Assembly: GCA_008690995.1 (NCBI GenBank)
Contig: VRMN01000002.1
Span: 1,550,001-1,614,000 of the forward strand
Origin: Porphyridium purpureum
Taxonomy: Eukaryota
Length of the DNA: 64,000 nucleotides
Direction: 5' to 3'
Shown here: positions 22,843-33,789 of the stretch, in pieces
How positions within the stretch are numbered: the stretch's first letter is position 1
Layout of the letters: each line of letters begins with the position of its first letter
Notes under the pieces: generated by a model
What the model saw: the letters and a program-made list of their open reading frames with translations, nothing else
Told to the model about the DNA's origin: nothing
Databases searched by the model: none
Position numbers and translations under genes: made by a program

Positions 22843-23295
22843 ATGGTACAGGTGCTTGTGCGGTGCGTGGATGGACGCACGCAGGTGGTGCGCGCAGAGA
22901 ATGTGCGGCAAGTGCGCGAGCAGGTCGCGGCGTGGGTCGATGCGCCCGCCGCAGACTGGGTGCGTTTGAATTATGCGGGCAAGGAGCTGTGCGAGGATGA
23001 ACTGGCTCTCGATTCGGAGCTGGAGGACGCCACCCTGTTTGCGGCGCTCAGGCTGATGGGTGGTGGCAAAAAGAGGAAAAAGAAGACATACACAAAGCCA
23101 AAGAAGATCAAGCACAAGCACAAGAAGGTGAAGCTTGCCGTCCTGAAGTTCTACAAGGTTTCGGACGACGGCAAGGTCACGCATCTTAGAAGGGAGTGCC
23201 CAGACGAGGGATGCGGCGCCGGTATCTTCATGGCTAAGATGAAGGATCGCGAGTACTGCGGCAAGTGCCACCTGACGCTGGTGGAGTCGAACTAG
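22843..23295 (+). CDS. RPS27A: Ubiquitin-like domain fused to 40S ribosomal protein S27a (eS31)
   Basis: LRLMGG followed by [32 protein letters not shown] and the C4 zinc finger ([10 protein letters not shown]...YCGKC). Confidence 0.96.
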   Translation: MVQVLVRCVDGRTQVVRAENVRQVREQVAAWVDAPAADWVRLNYAGKELCEDELALDSELEDATLFAALRLMGGGKKRKKKTYTKPKKIKHKHKKVKLAVLKFYKVSDDGKVTHLRRECPDEGCGAGIFMAKMKDREYCGKCHLTLVESN

Positions 23296-24123
23296 AGGAC
23301 GTACTAGCTCGAGATGGGCGCGCTCGGTCTCGGTGGGCACGCGGGTGCATCTGCGCAGGGGACGTGCTGTATGCGGTTGGTCTCCACTCGGGGTACACGT
23401 ATGTTTTACATAGATTAAATGGGGAGAGAGATCTCCTCTAAAAAGAAATCAATCATCGGCTCCGCCCGCAGTGGCGGACACGTATGGAATTGCTTGCCTC
23501 ACGTATCCTCTTGCATTTCTCGATATCTGAGGTGAGGCTGACTGTGTCTACACCCAAACATCGACGTGATCTCTATACAGCGCAGGTTTCTTCGGAATTT
23601 TCTCAGAAATCTGACGAAGTCCTTGTCGAAGAGCAAGTATTTGTGGGAAGCTCTACGTGGGTGGTACCTGAATACGCCAAAGCGATTGGGTGCGTTGCCA
23701 GACATTTGTCGTGCTGAGCATCGCAAACGTTTTGGCACAAGCCAGGACTCCCTGTACCTGACCTTCTTCGACTATGAGGCTGGATTCCAAATACCTCTTC
23801 CTTGCCGCTAACTGTCCACAGCGGACTGTTCACGCGCTCGCAGCTCTGGTCGCCGAGCACGGACCAGCCTCGTTGCGCTAGTGCCGTCCACGCCTCGGCC
23901 GTATCCCCCTTACCACGTCACCGCGCCGAAATCACTGTACACCGCAAGTTCTCGCTAATTTTCCACTTGTTCGCCTCTTCTGTCCCGATTTGCGTGCGGC
24001 TTGTGGCTGGTTGTCCCAGTCGGTCTCCGCTCGAGTTCGTCAACGGAGGACCAACTGGAATCGACGTGCGTGGTTCGGATGATACACGAGAGGAGCGTCT
24101 CGTTCACTTTCCGAGAAGGTAAT

Positions 24124-24606
24124 ATGAGCTCGGCAGTGCCTGCCTTCTGCGCACCCGTGTCCCTGCCGCGCGGACGCCCGCCGGTAGGGCGCACAGGCGC
24201 GGCGGCGCGGAGACGGATTTGCGTGGTCTCGGCTTCGTCGGCCGACTCGCCGACTCAGGCGCCGAACTTCACCGAGCTCGCCTCGCCGGAGGAGTTCGAG
24301 GCGATTCTCACGCGCAGCAAAGAACAGGGCAGGCCGCTGGTGTGTGCGTACCACGCGTCTTGGTGTTCCAAGTGCAAGCAGATGTACCCGCGCTTCAAGA
24401 TGGTCGTGCCAGACTTCCCCAAAGTGAACTTCTGCGGCATCAACATCCAGGTCGTCGCGGGCATTCCGCGCCGCAATAACGTGACGCGCATCCCGCATTT
24501 TCAAATCTTTTCCAATGGCGAGTTGGCGTTCGACGTGAATGGAGCGGGTGACAAAGATCAAGTCTTGGTGCGTCTCCGCAAGCTGCTCACGGACGAGACA
24601 TTGTAG
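24124..24606 (+). CDS. Atypical plastid thioredoxin-like protein (WCSKC active site)
   Basis: Transit-peptide-like MSSAVPAFC...; ASWCSKCKQM; cis-Pro motif IPHFQIF. Confidence 0.85.
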   Translation: MSSAVPAFCAPVSLPRGRPPVGRTGAAARRRICVVSASSADSPTQAPNFTELASPEEFEAILTRSKEQGRPLVCAYHASWCSKCKQMYPRFKMVVPDFPKVNFCGINIQVVAGIPRRNNVTRIPHFQIFSNGELAFDVNGAGDKDQVLVRLRKLLTDETL

Positions 24607-24714
24607 CGGCAGGAATCCATTTCAGATCCCTGCGCACAAACCATGATATAGATAAATCAACACGGGCCTTTGTGAGACCTCAATTTAATATACACACGCG
24701 CGCGTTTGGCGTGA

Positions 24715-25359
24715 CTAGGTGTTTGATGCCTCCACCACCATTTGTACAAAGAATTCCACTCGCGGAAGCGCCTTGATGTCTGCAGTGACCTGGCACTTCA
24801 TGCCGAGCTTATGCAGGGCACCACACACCAGGCCACACGGAAACACCGCGTAATCCTCGAGGGAGCGCGTGTCGCCGTCGCGATTTTTGGACAAAGAGGC
24901 GAGCCACTTGAAATTCGAGTCCTGCAGCACATACAAGCCTTTCCTGTTCGTTCTGAGCACATCTACTTGCTTGCTGAAGGACGCCTCCCACAGCTCGCGG
25001 CAAATGAACTTGACAATGTCGAGCTCGGAGTCCAGCATATCCTTGTCGACGGCAAGTCGCTCAATGAGGCGCTGCCCAATCTCGAAGCCGTTCAGCTCGA
25101 GACGGAGCTTATTATCAAACTCATTCCTCCTCTTCTCCTCTGGATCGCGAACTGCCACGCTGTCGTTCCACTTGCGCGTGATCGATCCCGGACTCGCGTC
25201 TCTGCCGCGCAAAAAGTACTCGACGTGCTCGATCAAGAACAGCTGAATCCCGGACGCCAGCACCTCGCGCTTTGAACCCAGCCCGCCCACCACCAGCGGA
25301 GCTGCTGCCGACACCCCGCCACTCATTCCTGCCCCTCCTCCCACCTTTGGCGACGCCAT
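24715..25359 (-). CDS. TRAPPC6: TRAPP complex subunit 6 (Trs33)
   Basis: GFEIGQRLIERL, LDIVKFICRELW, KQVDVLRTNRKGLYVLQD, FPCGLVCGAL. Confidence 0.92.
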   Translation of the reverse strand: MASPKVGGGAGMSGGVSAAAPLVVGGLGSKREVLASGIQLFLIEHVEYFLRGRDASPGSITRKWNDSVAVRDPEEKRRNEFDNKLRLELNGFEIGQRLIERLAVDKDMLDSELDIVKFICRELWEASFSKQVDVLRTNRKGLYVLQDSNFKWLASLSKNRDGDTRSLEDYAVFPCGLVCGALHKLGMKCQVTADIKALPRVEFFVQMVVEASNT

Positions 25360-25698
25360 CCCACCCTCATCGCTTCTTCCCTCCGTCCTCTTTCGTGACC
25401 CCACTCCCCTGCCGGATTCAACCAAACCGCCATCGAGACTCACTGTACCTGAGTCGACATTTAGTGTACCTCAGCAAACCTGCGCGATGAGAATAAGCTG
25501 TACCTCTCTGGTGAGGATACGCTGTACACCCGCAGCGCGGCGGCCGGACTTTCACGAGAAAGGTGGAGGAGCTTGTCATAGCACGTGTGAAAGAAAGGCT
25601 TTGTGGTCACGAGGAGGAAGGACGAGAAGACACGCGCAGGCAAGCGGTTGGTCGTGGTGGTGGTGCGCAGGAAGGCGCCGCATTGGGGACGAGCAGAA

Positions 25699-28554
25699 AT
25701 GGATGATTATGCGGGCGCTTGTGGGTTTGTGTGCGTGCAACTGGGCGTGTGTGGACAATGGTGCTCGACACAGCGGTATGGGACTGTCGCCGCGTGTGAA
25801 GCAGATGCCGGCGTGGCTGGCGCACGCAGATGGGGTAGAGTAACTGTATGCGCCGCGAGTGCGCATGGTGATGTGAATGCAGGAGAGACTCGCGATCCAT
25901 TGGTGCTGGTGTCGGTGGCAAAGAATGCTGCGGCTGCCGCCGCCGCAAGGAGGAAAGGCCAGGCGAAGCTCGTCATGAAAAATGCGGGTACTGGAATGCC
26001 GCATTCTACGTCTCTTGGCTCGGCGCAGCAGGTTGGTTCCGTCGCCGTGACATCAAAGAAGGACAGGTCCAGCTCGAGAAGTGGAATGGCAGCGGCGACG
26101 GCGGCTAGTCATGACGCCGCCATGAAGAAGAGGCGAGCGCGAACATCAGCTTCTTCGTCTTCTAGCGCGGCGGGCTCGAAAGAAAAAAGTAAGGGCTCCG
26201 CTACGGCCGCCGCACTGAAGAACGTGCCGAGAACAAACGCTAGCGGCAGCGCCACGGTCAGCAGACGGAAGGCCGCGGCTTCGCCTGCCTCATCGAAAGC
26301 GTCCTCCCAGCGTCGAACCAAAAAGTCGGCCAAGGCTCGTTTAAACCACGTGTTTAAACCCGGCGACCTTGTTCGGCACCCGCGGTATGGAGTCGGCAGG
26401 TTCACGTCGATCCAGGTGTCGAACGACCAGGTTTCTATTCAGGAATTTGCCAGCATTTCGTACATCGACGGCGACGTTCTAGTGCCTCTGGTACAGATAG
26501 AAATGCTTTCACCATACGAGGGCGACCCAGAGGGTGATAATTTTCGCATCGATGCGGTCGCTGTCGTGAAGCATCTAGACGAGCGAAAGCAGCACCGAAC
26601 GACCTCGCGCGCTCGGCGGCAAGTGCGTACAGACATTCGACAGCACATTGTGTCCATGTTCGATATGTACGCGCAGCGTGCCTCGTTCATGCGTCCTCCG
26701 CATACTGGCAACGCAAAGTTGGAACGACATTTTGAAAAACAATTTCCGTACACCGTGACAGACGACCAAGCGGCTGCGATCAAGGACATCTTGTCTGACA
26801 TGTCGGAGCGGGCGATACCGATGGACCGACTGTTGTGCGGCGATGTGGGCTTTGGAAAGACCGAAGTAGCAATGCGCGCAATCTTTCGTGCCCTGTGTTC
26901 TGGGTACCAAGTCGGCCTGCTCGCACCGACCACCATTCTGGCGCATCAGCACTACAAGACGCTCGTCGCGCGTTTGCAGCACTATCCGCAGTTCCGCGTG
27001 GGTCGCATGACGCGATTTGTCAAGGCTCTTGAACAAGAAGAGACTGTCGAGGCCATTCGCACTGGAGATATCCAAGTGCTTGTCGGCACCCACTCCGTCA
27101 TTGGCTCGCGCGTGGAATTTAAGAAGCTTGGGTTGCTTGTGGTGGATGAAGAGCACCGCTTTGGCGTAAACCAGAAGGAGAAACTGCGATCGTTGCACAG
27201 GGGAATCGACGTGTTGACACTATCGGCGACTCCGATTCCTCGCACACTGCATATATCGATGTCTGGTCTGCGTGACGTGAGCGTGATCCGCACGCCGCCG
27301 TCCTCGCGCAAGGCGGTCATCACGAAGATTGTCACAAATGAAGTTTCTCAGGTGTTGCGGCACGCCATCCAGCTCGAGCTGAACCGCCAAGGCCAGCTTT
27401 TCTACGTCGTGCCACGCATCCACGCGATGGCCGACGCGGAGAAGCGACTCCTAGATCTCTTCCCTGACTTGCGTATCATTAAGGCGCATGCGGAGCTGCG
27501 TGATCTCGAGGACCGTGTACTCGACTTTGCCTGCGGTGCCGCAGACGTCTTGTTATGCACGACGATTATTGAGAACGGCATTGACCTTCCGCAGGTGAAC
27601 ACCATCATCATCGACCACGCGACGCAGTTTGGTTTAGCGCAACTCCACCAGTTGCGCGGGCGCGTTGGTAGAAGCGACCAGCAGGCCTATGCCTACTTGC
27701 TTTCCGAAAACGTGCAGGCACAGACCATTGGGTACGAGCGCATCAGCGCGCTGGCAGAGATGAGCGAGCTCGGGAGCGGCTTTGCGCTTGCCAACAAGGA
27801 TATGGAACTGCGCGGTGTTGGTAACATCATGGGCGTCGAACAGTCCGGACGCCTGGGTGGTCTGGAGCCCGAGGAATACACGTCAATCTTGTTTGAAGAA
27901 CTCGAGATCGCGCGCTCCATGAAGCTGTCAAGATTTGCCCGGAGCACGTCGTCGCGCCCTGAGCTACGCGACGCGTTCCCGCCCGTCAAATACACGCAAG
28001 TTAATGTGCCCGTGTCTGCTTACGTGCCGTCAGAGTACGTGGGTGGTAATATGGACAAGAAGCTCATGGTTTATGCAGCGTTGGCTAACTGCAGTTCGAT
28101 GGAAGAACTGGAGTACGCCAAGCAGTTTTTGGCGAAAAAGTACGGCCCGGCACCTCCCGAGATGGAAATGCTTTACGTGCTGACGGAGGTGAAGCTGTAT
28201 GGTAAGACGCTAGGTATCAACCGTATTTACCCTGAAATGCAGCACGTGGTGCTGGAATGGGGCATTGACGAATCTCACTTCCAGACTTTGACCAAGGAAT
28301 TCCGGAAGACGCCTTCCATGCGCCGCAAGTTCGTCCACGTGCCGTCTGACGAGCGCGTACAAGTGCGCGGCCTGGCGCTTGTGCAGAACGACCAGATTCT
28401 CCTCAAGCTTAAGGAGTGGCTCAGTGTATTCTACGTCGGCGCTCTTCAAATTATCAAGCAGCGCAAGAAGATGCTCGCCGCGCTGCGCTCAGAGCCGGAT
28501 AGCGGCTCCTCGCGTCTCCTGAATGAACTGCGAGGAGGCAGCAAAGAAAAATAA
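25699..28554 (+). CDS. mfd: Plastid-type transcription-repair coupling factor (Mfd-like SF2 helicase)
   Basis: CarD/RID-like GDLVRHPRYGVGRF, MDRLLCGDVGFGKTEVA, VDEEHRFGV, SATPIPRTL, GLAQLHQLRGRVGRS, TRG motif DMELRGVGN, C-terminal TRCF domain, transit-peptide-like N-terminus. Confidence 0.93.
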   Translation: MDDYAGACGFVCVQLGVCGQWCSTQRYGTVAACEADAGVAGARRWGRVTVCAASAHGDVNAGETRDPLVLVSVAKNAAAAAAARRKGQAKLVMKNAGTGMPHSTSLGSAQQVGSVAVTSKKDRSSSRSGMAAATAASHDAAMKKRRARTSASSSSSAAGSKEKSKGSATAAALKNVPRTNASGSATVSRRKAAASPASSKASSQRRTKKSAKARLNHVFKPGDLVRHPRYGVGRFTSIQVSNDQVSIQEFASISYIDGDVLVPLVQIEMLSPYEGDPEGDNFRIDAVAVVKHLDERKQHRTTSRARRQVRTDIRQHIVSMFDMYAQRASFMRPPHTGNAKLERHFEKQFPYTVTDDQAAAIKDILSDMSERAIPMDRLLCGDVGFGKTEVAMRAIFRALCSGYQVGLLAPTTILAHQHYKTLVARLQHYPQFRVGRMTRFVKALEQEETVEAIRTGDIQVLVGTHSVIGSRVEFKKLGLLVVDEEHRFGVNQKEKLRSLHRGIDVLTLSATPIPRTLHISMSGLRDVSVIRTPPSSRKAVITKIVTNEVSQVLRHAIQLELNRQGQLFYVVPRIHAMADAEKRLLDLFPDLRIIKAHAELRDLEDRVLDFACGAADVLLCTTIIENGIDLPQVNTIIIDHATQFGLAQLHQLRGRVGRSDQQAYAYLLSENVQAQTIGYERISALAEMSELGSGFALANKDMELRGVGNIMGVEQSGRLGGLEPEEYTSILFEELEIARSMKLSRFARSTSSRPELRDAFPPVKYTQVNVPVSAYVPSEYVGGNMDKKLMVYAALANCSSMEELEYAKQFLAKKYGPAPPEMEMLYVLTEVKLYGKTLGINRIYPEMQHVVLEWGIDESHFQTLTKEFRKTPSMRRKFVHVPSDERVQVRGLALVQNDQILLKLKEWLSVFYVGALQIIKQRKKMLAALRSEPDSGSSRLLNELRGGSKEK

Positions 28555-28717
28555 ATTATGATATCGGTGTCGACGGGACGGAATGCAGGAACAGACGAGT
28601 TCGTGAGCAGGCGCACTGGTAATCTCCGCTAACACGTACTGCTCTTTGCATGAGCAGGTCCATCTTTTCTAGATTCATCGGAGCCCACGGGAGAACCAGA
28701 TCACGGCGCGGGCCGAC

Positions 28718-29776
28718 ATGCAGGCCACGTTGCGAGCGCAGTTTCGCACGCAATTTGGCGCCGATGCGGTCGAGACGCGGCAGAATCTAGTCGCTTGCAC
28801 GACGTACAGCCTGGACGAAAACGACGGCAGCAGTAGCAGTAGCACATGCGGTAGTAGCAACAGACGCGGCTGCGTGCACGTGCTGGATGTGGGCGCCGCC
28901 GACGATAAACTTGTGCTGCTGGCGAGTAGTGAGGAGACAGCTGGGCTGCTAGACGTGCGTTGGTTGCAGAGCGAAGTGCCACAGTTTGCTTGTGCTGGCT
29001 CTGATGGGGCAGTTCATATTTTCCAGGTATGTGATAATCGCGTGCAGACCCTAAATCGCCACCTACGCGCCGAGGGCGATGGCTTGGCGCTCTCCATCGA
29101 CGTGGAGGACACGCTTGCGACCCCTCGACTGTGCGTGAGCTACTCCGATGGTGCAGCGAGCGCGTATCAGCTCACGCCAGCGGCCGAACTGCAGCCGATA
29201 TGGAGCCGGGTGAGTTGTCACGAGCTGGAAACCTGGGTCGCGGCGTTTGACGCGTCACGGCCAAACGTAATGTATTCGGGTGGTGACGACGGCCGTCTGC
29301 TAGGATGGGATTTGAGACAACCGCCCGGCGTATCCGCGTCAGATGCGATCTTTCGCGTTAATCGCGCTCACAGCATGGTCGGAGTCACCACCGTGAGCTC
29401 GCATGCCGCTTTCCCGCACATGATAATTAGTGGCGGCTACGACGACTGTATGAAAGTGTGGGATGTACGCTCCAGTCGCGCGGAACTGAGCGATCTCAAC
29501 CTTGGCGGTGGGGTATGGAGAATCAAACACCATCCGGAACGGCCTTGGGTCATGCTCGCTGCGTGCATGTATGACGGCGTCAAGGTTGTGACTCTAAATC
29601 GCGAATCGGGCGACGCTCTGAACTGTGTACTCGAATACAAGCGACACGAGTCCATCGCGTACGGTGTTTCGTGGATTAATTCCAGTGAAGATAAGTCGCA
29701 CCGCCTGAACCTGAACGCAGATATCTTGAGCGCGTCTTTCTATGACCGCGCGCTGCACCGTTGGTCAGTGGAGTGA
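28718..29776 (+). CDS. DPH7: Diphthamide biosynthesis WD40 protein (WDR85/Dph7)
   Basis: HELETWVAAFD, YSGGDDG, GGYDD, LGGGVWRIKHHP, LAACMYDG, HESIAYGVSW, SASFYD. Confidence 0.92.
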   Translation: MQATLRAQFRTQFGADAVETRQNLVACTTYSLDENDGSSSSSTCGSSNRRGCVHVLDVGAADDKLVLLASSEETAGLLDVRWLQSEVPQFACAGSDGAVHIFQVCDNRVQTLNRHLRAEGDGLALSIDVEDTLATPRLCVSYSDGAASAYQLTPAAELQPIWSRVSCHELETWVAAFDASRPNVMYSGGDDGRLLGWDLRQPPGVSASDAIFRVNRAHSMVGVTTVSSHAAFPHMIISGGYDDCMKVWDVRSSRAELSDLNLGGGVWRIKHHPERPWVMLAACMYDGVKVVTLNRESGDALNCVLEYKRHESIAYGVSWINSSEDKSHRLNLNADILSASFYDRALHRWSVE

Positions 29777-29845
29777 TCCTTAGGTCCGGGGTAGTACTGC
29801 ACACACTGCCGCGGGCGTGCGGGTGCCCGCTCTCGCTGGGCCAAC

Positions 29846-30628
29846 ATGGACGTAGATAATGCGGAAGAGACGTCGAAGATCCAGGCGTGGGTCGCTCGCG
29901 CGCGACACGCGGGACACGGTGAAGCGTGGCGCGCGCTGGTATACTGTGGCTCTGGGTTTGTGACCGGTGCGTGCGCCGCAGTCGCATATACCGTCGCCGG
30001 ACGCACCCACACGCACAACTGGGTCGGATGGCTGCTGGGACGTGCAGCATGCGGTGCTTATTTTACCGGGTTTGGCGTGCTGAACGGGCTCGGCCTGTGG
30101 GGGATTCAAGCCGCAACTCGGGTGCTTGGCGGCGTGGAACCGATTCTCGAGTCATTGCTGGACATCTTGATCTCGCCGCTGCGCCGGGCCATTCGCACGG
30201 CTTCTCCCGGCAAGGACAACACGATGTCCCTGGACGAAATGCGTCAAGTTATTGCGGATCAGGAGAAAAAAGTGAAAGCGAGCGAAGGAGAAGTTTCAAG
30301 ACAAGATTCGAGACTTTTCAAACTAACAAAGTGGATCAGCCATAAAGTCGTCGAACTTTTCGTCGGCCAGGTCGAGGCTGCACTCGTATCATCGGCGCTA
30401 GATCGGGTCGCACCGGGCGATTCAAGCACAAGCAGAGTTGCCCTAAGCGAGACGCTCATCGTCTCGATTCGCACGATTGCCCTCAACGCCATGCTGGGAC
30501 CAATGGAACGCTTCATCTTTCTTTCCAAGCTCGCCCTAGGCGCCGAAGCAGTGCTGGTTTTTGTTCTGCCTTTCATTCTGCAAGCGAGAGGGGCAAGCAC
30601 ACGCGAGGTCTTGCGTTCCGTACAATAA
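29846..30628 (+). CDS. Hypothetical membrane protein
   Basis: 260-aa ORF filling the gap between genes; two N-terminal and one C-terminal hydrophobic segments; no family recognised. Confidence 0.65.
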   Translation: MDVDNAEETSKIQAWVARARHAGHGEAWRALVYCGSGFVTGACAAVAYTVAGRTHTHNWVGWLLGRAACGAYFTGFGVLNGLGLWGIQAATRVLGGVEPILESLLDILISPLRRAIRTASPGKDNTMSLDEMRQVIADQEKKVKASEGEVSRQDSRLFKLTKWISHKVVELFVGQVEAALVSSALDRVAPGDSSTSRVALSETLIVSIRTIALNAMLGPMERFIFLSKLALGAEAVLVFVLPFILQARGASTREVLRSVQ

Positions 30629-30655
30629 ACTTTCACTGCGAGAATTTCGCTCGCT

Positions 30656-32527
30656 CTACTGCTCTATGAACATCAGTGCCTTTTGCTCCAGCCTTTTGAC
30701 CTCAGGTGACCTGAAATGACGCTCCATCAGCGGGCGTTTTGCAACTTTCAGCACGGGGACAGCCGCAGGCAAGCCCCAACCGCGAGGTTCGTCCTGAGTC
30801 AGCTTGCCTCGTTCCTTTTGCCCTCCCAAACGAACAAAAGGGGCCTCGCTTTCCTCCCGCGGTGGCTCGTACAGACCTACAGTCTTGACGCCCGCTTGAA
30901 ACTTGGGCAATCGTCTTGTCCTGTCGTCATCAAGTTGCGGTGCCTCGTCTGAAATACCAGAGCGCGGCAACTTCGCTGCTTCTACTCGCGCCAATCCGGC
31001 GAGAGATGATTCTGTTTCGGATTCTCCAGTCCGTGAATCCTTGCTCTCAAGCGAAGCATTCATTTGCGGCAAAACATTTGGCCGAGAATGACCGGCTTCG
31101 GCTTCATCATCATATCCCGGATTCCACGTGCCCAAGACCGGCTGAAGAACGATACTGGGGACAGGGGGGCCTGCCAAGGCAGATTCGGCGTCGACGTGAT
31201 TCAGTGGTGGTGCCAAAATGAAATCGTGCATTTCGCTCGGTGGCCAAGCTCCCCAATCCACATTCTCGTGTCCATCCAGACTCGAACTTCCTGCGCAGGG
31301 CTGCTCCAGAGAAAGATATCTCCGGGGATCCGCGCAGGATGCACCCGTGGCGTCCGTTTCATACCGACTTTGCGAAGCGTGCAGCGGAACGGCGGCAGGG
31401 GTACGCATAACGTTACTGTCGAAGTCTTCCGCAAATCCACCCATTGCCATGGTCCCCTGTCGCTGCTCTTTCGTGCGCGAGCCCAACCGCAAAGATTCCG
31501 GTGAGAATGGCAGCGACGTGGAGGGCCCATTATCCCGGAATGGCTGGTAAGGCACAGAGTCGCTTGAAGGAGTTGCAGTCGGCATAGAACGTTGTACCAC
31601 CGCTGATACCGTGTCATGAATGTCGCTATCTCCAGACGGCAACGTCACGTCACGCGAAGGTTGCCGATCCGAACCGACTGTTGTCAATTCAAGTGTTGAA
31701 CGGACGGGCACGGGCCATGGTTGATTTTGCCCCGTTGGGGGAGCGCGGCGTAAGGTGGAGTCTCGAACAGTAAGCGGATGCTGCCCAGATCCAACGAATG
31801 GTTCCTTTGGCGCGGCGCGTCCCACATGCTTACGCTCTCCCGGCAAACAAAACTCGTCTAAAGCATTGATCATAAAGAGATCCTTACCCCCTCCGACGGG
31901 GCGGGGTGGCACTGAAGTGATGGAAGAGGGTGCTCCATGCGCTGCGTGCTGCTGCTTTTGCACAAATTCCTGCCTGATCCTGGCCAAGTTCCTACGCGCC
32001 TTTCCGTCGCGCGCGATGGCTCGCTTTCTGTGCGACGCAGAACCAGCACACGCGTGCACGATCGAATGGATGAATTGTTTTTCACATGTTTGCACCCATA
32101 CGTGAAGAGACTCAATGCATGCATCAGAATCGCGCTCTTAGCCTCGTTCACAAAATCCGTACCGAAAGTCAGGCACAAGAAGCATTCATTCCCGATCGAC
32201 GTGCCACGGCAGCAAGTCCGCTACCCTTCAAACGAGGCCTCTAAACCTCTGCATGTGTCTTCATACATTCCTGGCCAGAAAAGCACGCCGCACGAGCATG
32301 CATACAAGATTGAGCAGGGGTCCGCACATCATCTTGCGTCCGGAGCGCACCATCTCGATGCAAGTACATCACGTATTCAACGCAGCGACACGACGCAGGA
32401 CTCAAAGGGAGGCAAAGGAGATCCACCTCGATCATTCATGAAAGCATGAATAAATGAATCAATGCACACATGCATGCATAGATGCATTTGTATACACTTA
32501 CCGTTCGCCGCCGTTCCACCGCTTCAT
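30656..32527 (-). CDS. Hypothetical mostly disordered protein, probably two exons (32527-32502 and 32027-30656)
   Basis: Long ORF without a good ATG; micro-exon ATGAAGCGGTGGAACGGCGGCGAACG followed by GTAAGT at 32501; a CAG acceptor ending at 32028 restores the frame. Confidence 0.55.
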
Positions 32528-32868
32528 CAGATTCGTCTCTAGCCTCTTCCCCCTCTCCCGTTCGTCGTCTTTCACCCCCCTTCCAACCTCTTTCTTCACT
32601 TGCTGCACTTTCTGCACACGCCTCCAAAAATTGTCGCCTGCATTCTGTGTTCCGTCAAAAACCATAGAAGTACAGTTTTCTTATAGTAAAAGAGCCCCAT
32701 TTTTATATATATATTTTTGCGAGGGTTATCTTAAAATGTTCGAGGAAAGAACCGCCAGTAGACGTGGGGAAAGGTAGAGGAGGGGGGGAAAGGTGGGAGT
32801 CAGTGGGCTGGCTGGTATGGGTGTAGAGGGGGATGTCTGGGTTGTGACAGGGACGTACTGAGGGAAGG

Positions 32869-33789
32869 ATGGATCGTTTCGTGGCGCCGGAAAAGATAGG
32901 GGAGGGGACTTATGGGGTTGTGTATAAAGCGCGACGGCGGGATTCAGACGGCGTGGTGGCGCTGAAGAAAATCCGGCTCGATCAGCAGGATGAGGGAGTC
33001 CCGTCGACGGCGATTCGTGAGATTTCGATCCTCAAGGAGCTCCAGCACCCGAATATTGTGAACTTGACAGACGTGGAGCACTGCGAGAATAAGCTGTACC
33101 TGGTCTTTGAGTACTTGGACCAGGACCTGAAGAGATACATGGACAGTTGTGCCAGCACGGGCGGGCTGCCTCCGAGGCTCATCAAGAGCTACCTTTATCA
33201 GATCCTCAGCGGAATCGCATATTGTCACTCGCACCGCGTGCTTCATCGCGATCTCAAGCCGCAGAACTTGCTGATCGACCGATGGGGAATCCTCAAGCTG
33301 GCCGACTTTGGACTCGCGCGCGCCTTTGGAATTCCTGTCCGGCATTACACGCATGAAGTTGTCACCCTGTGGTATCGCGCACCGGAAATCCTGCTGGGTG
33401 CACGTAAGTACTCCACGCCCGTCGATATTTGGTCCATAGGTTGTATCTTTGCCGAAATGGTGACCCGGCAGCCTCTCTTTCCAGGCGACAGCGAAATCGA
33501 TGAGCTTTACAAGATTTTCCGCACGCTTGGCACCCCGCACGAGGATATATGGCAGGGTGTTCGCGAGTTGCCCGATTACAAACCGACGTTCCCCAATTGG
33601 CCGCGTCGCCCCATCAGCGACACTGTGAAGGGGCTTGACGAGGCCGGTACTGACCTGCTGTGCCAAATGCTCGTCTACGAACCTGGACGGCGCATTTCAG
33701 CGCGCGCGGCCCTGAATCACAGATATTTTGCCGATTTGGATCCGAACAGGCTGCGCACAGATACGCCTCTCTTCCCCGAGACGGCTTGA
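32869..33789 (+). CDS. CDKA: Cyclin-dependent kinase A (cdc2/CDK1 type)
   Basis: [41 protein letters not shown]. Confidence 0.97.
   Translation: MDRFVAPEKIGEGTYGVVYKARRRDSDGVVALKKIRLDQQDEGVPSTAIREISILKELQHPNIVNLTDVEHCENKLYLVFEYLDQDLKRYMDSCASTGGLPPRLIKSYLYQILSGIAYCHSHRVLHRDLKPQNLLIDRWGILKLADFGLARAFGIPVRHYTHEVVTLWYRAPEILLGARKYSTPVDIWSIGCIFAEMVTRQPLFPGDSEIDELYKIFRTLGTPHEDIWQGVRELPDYKPTFPNWPRRPISDTVKGLDEAGTDLLCQMLVYEPGRRISARAALNHRYFADLDPNRLRTDTPLFPETA

Noticed and set aside
25699..30628. Bacterial operon or contamination (mfd plus two co-oriented genes)
   Set aside because: Neighbours are eukaryote-specific (DPH7, TRAPPC6) and Mfd has a transit-peptide-like leader
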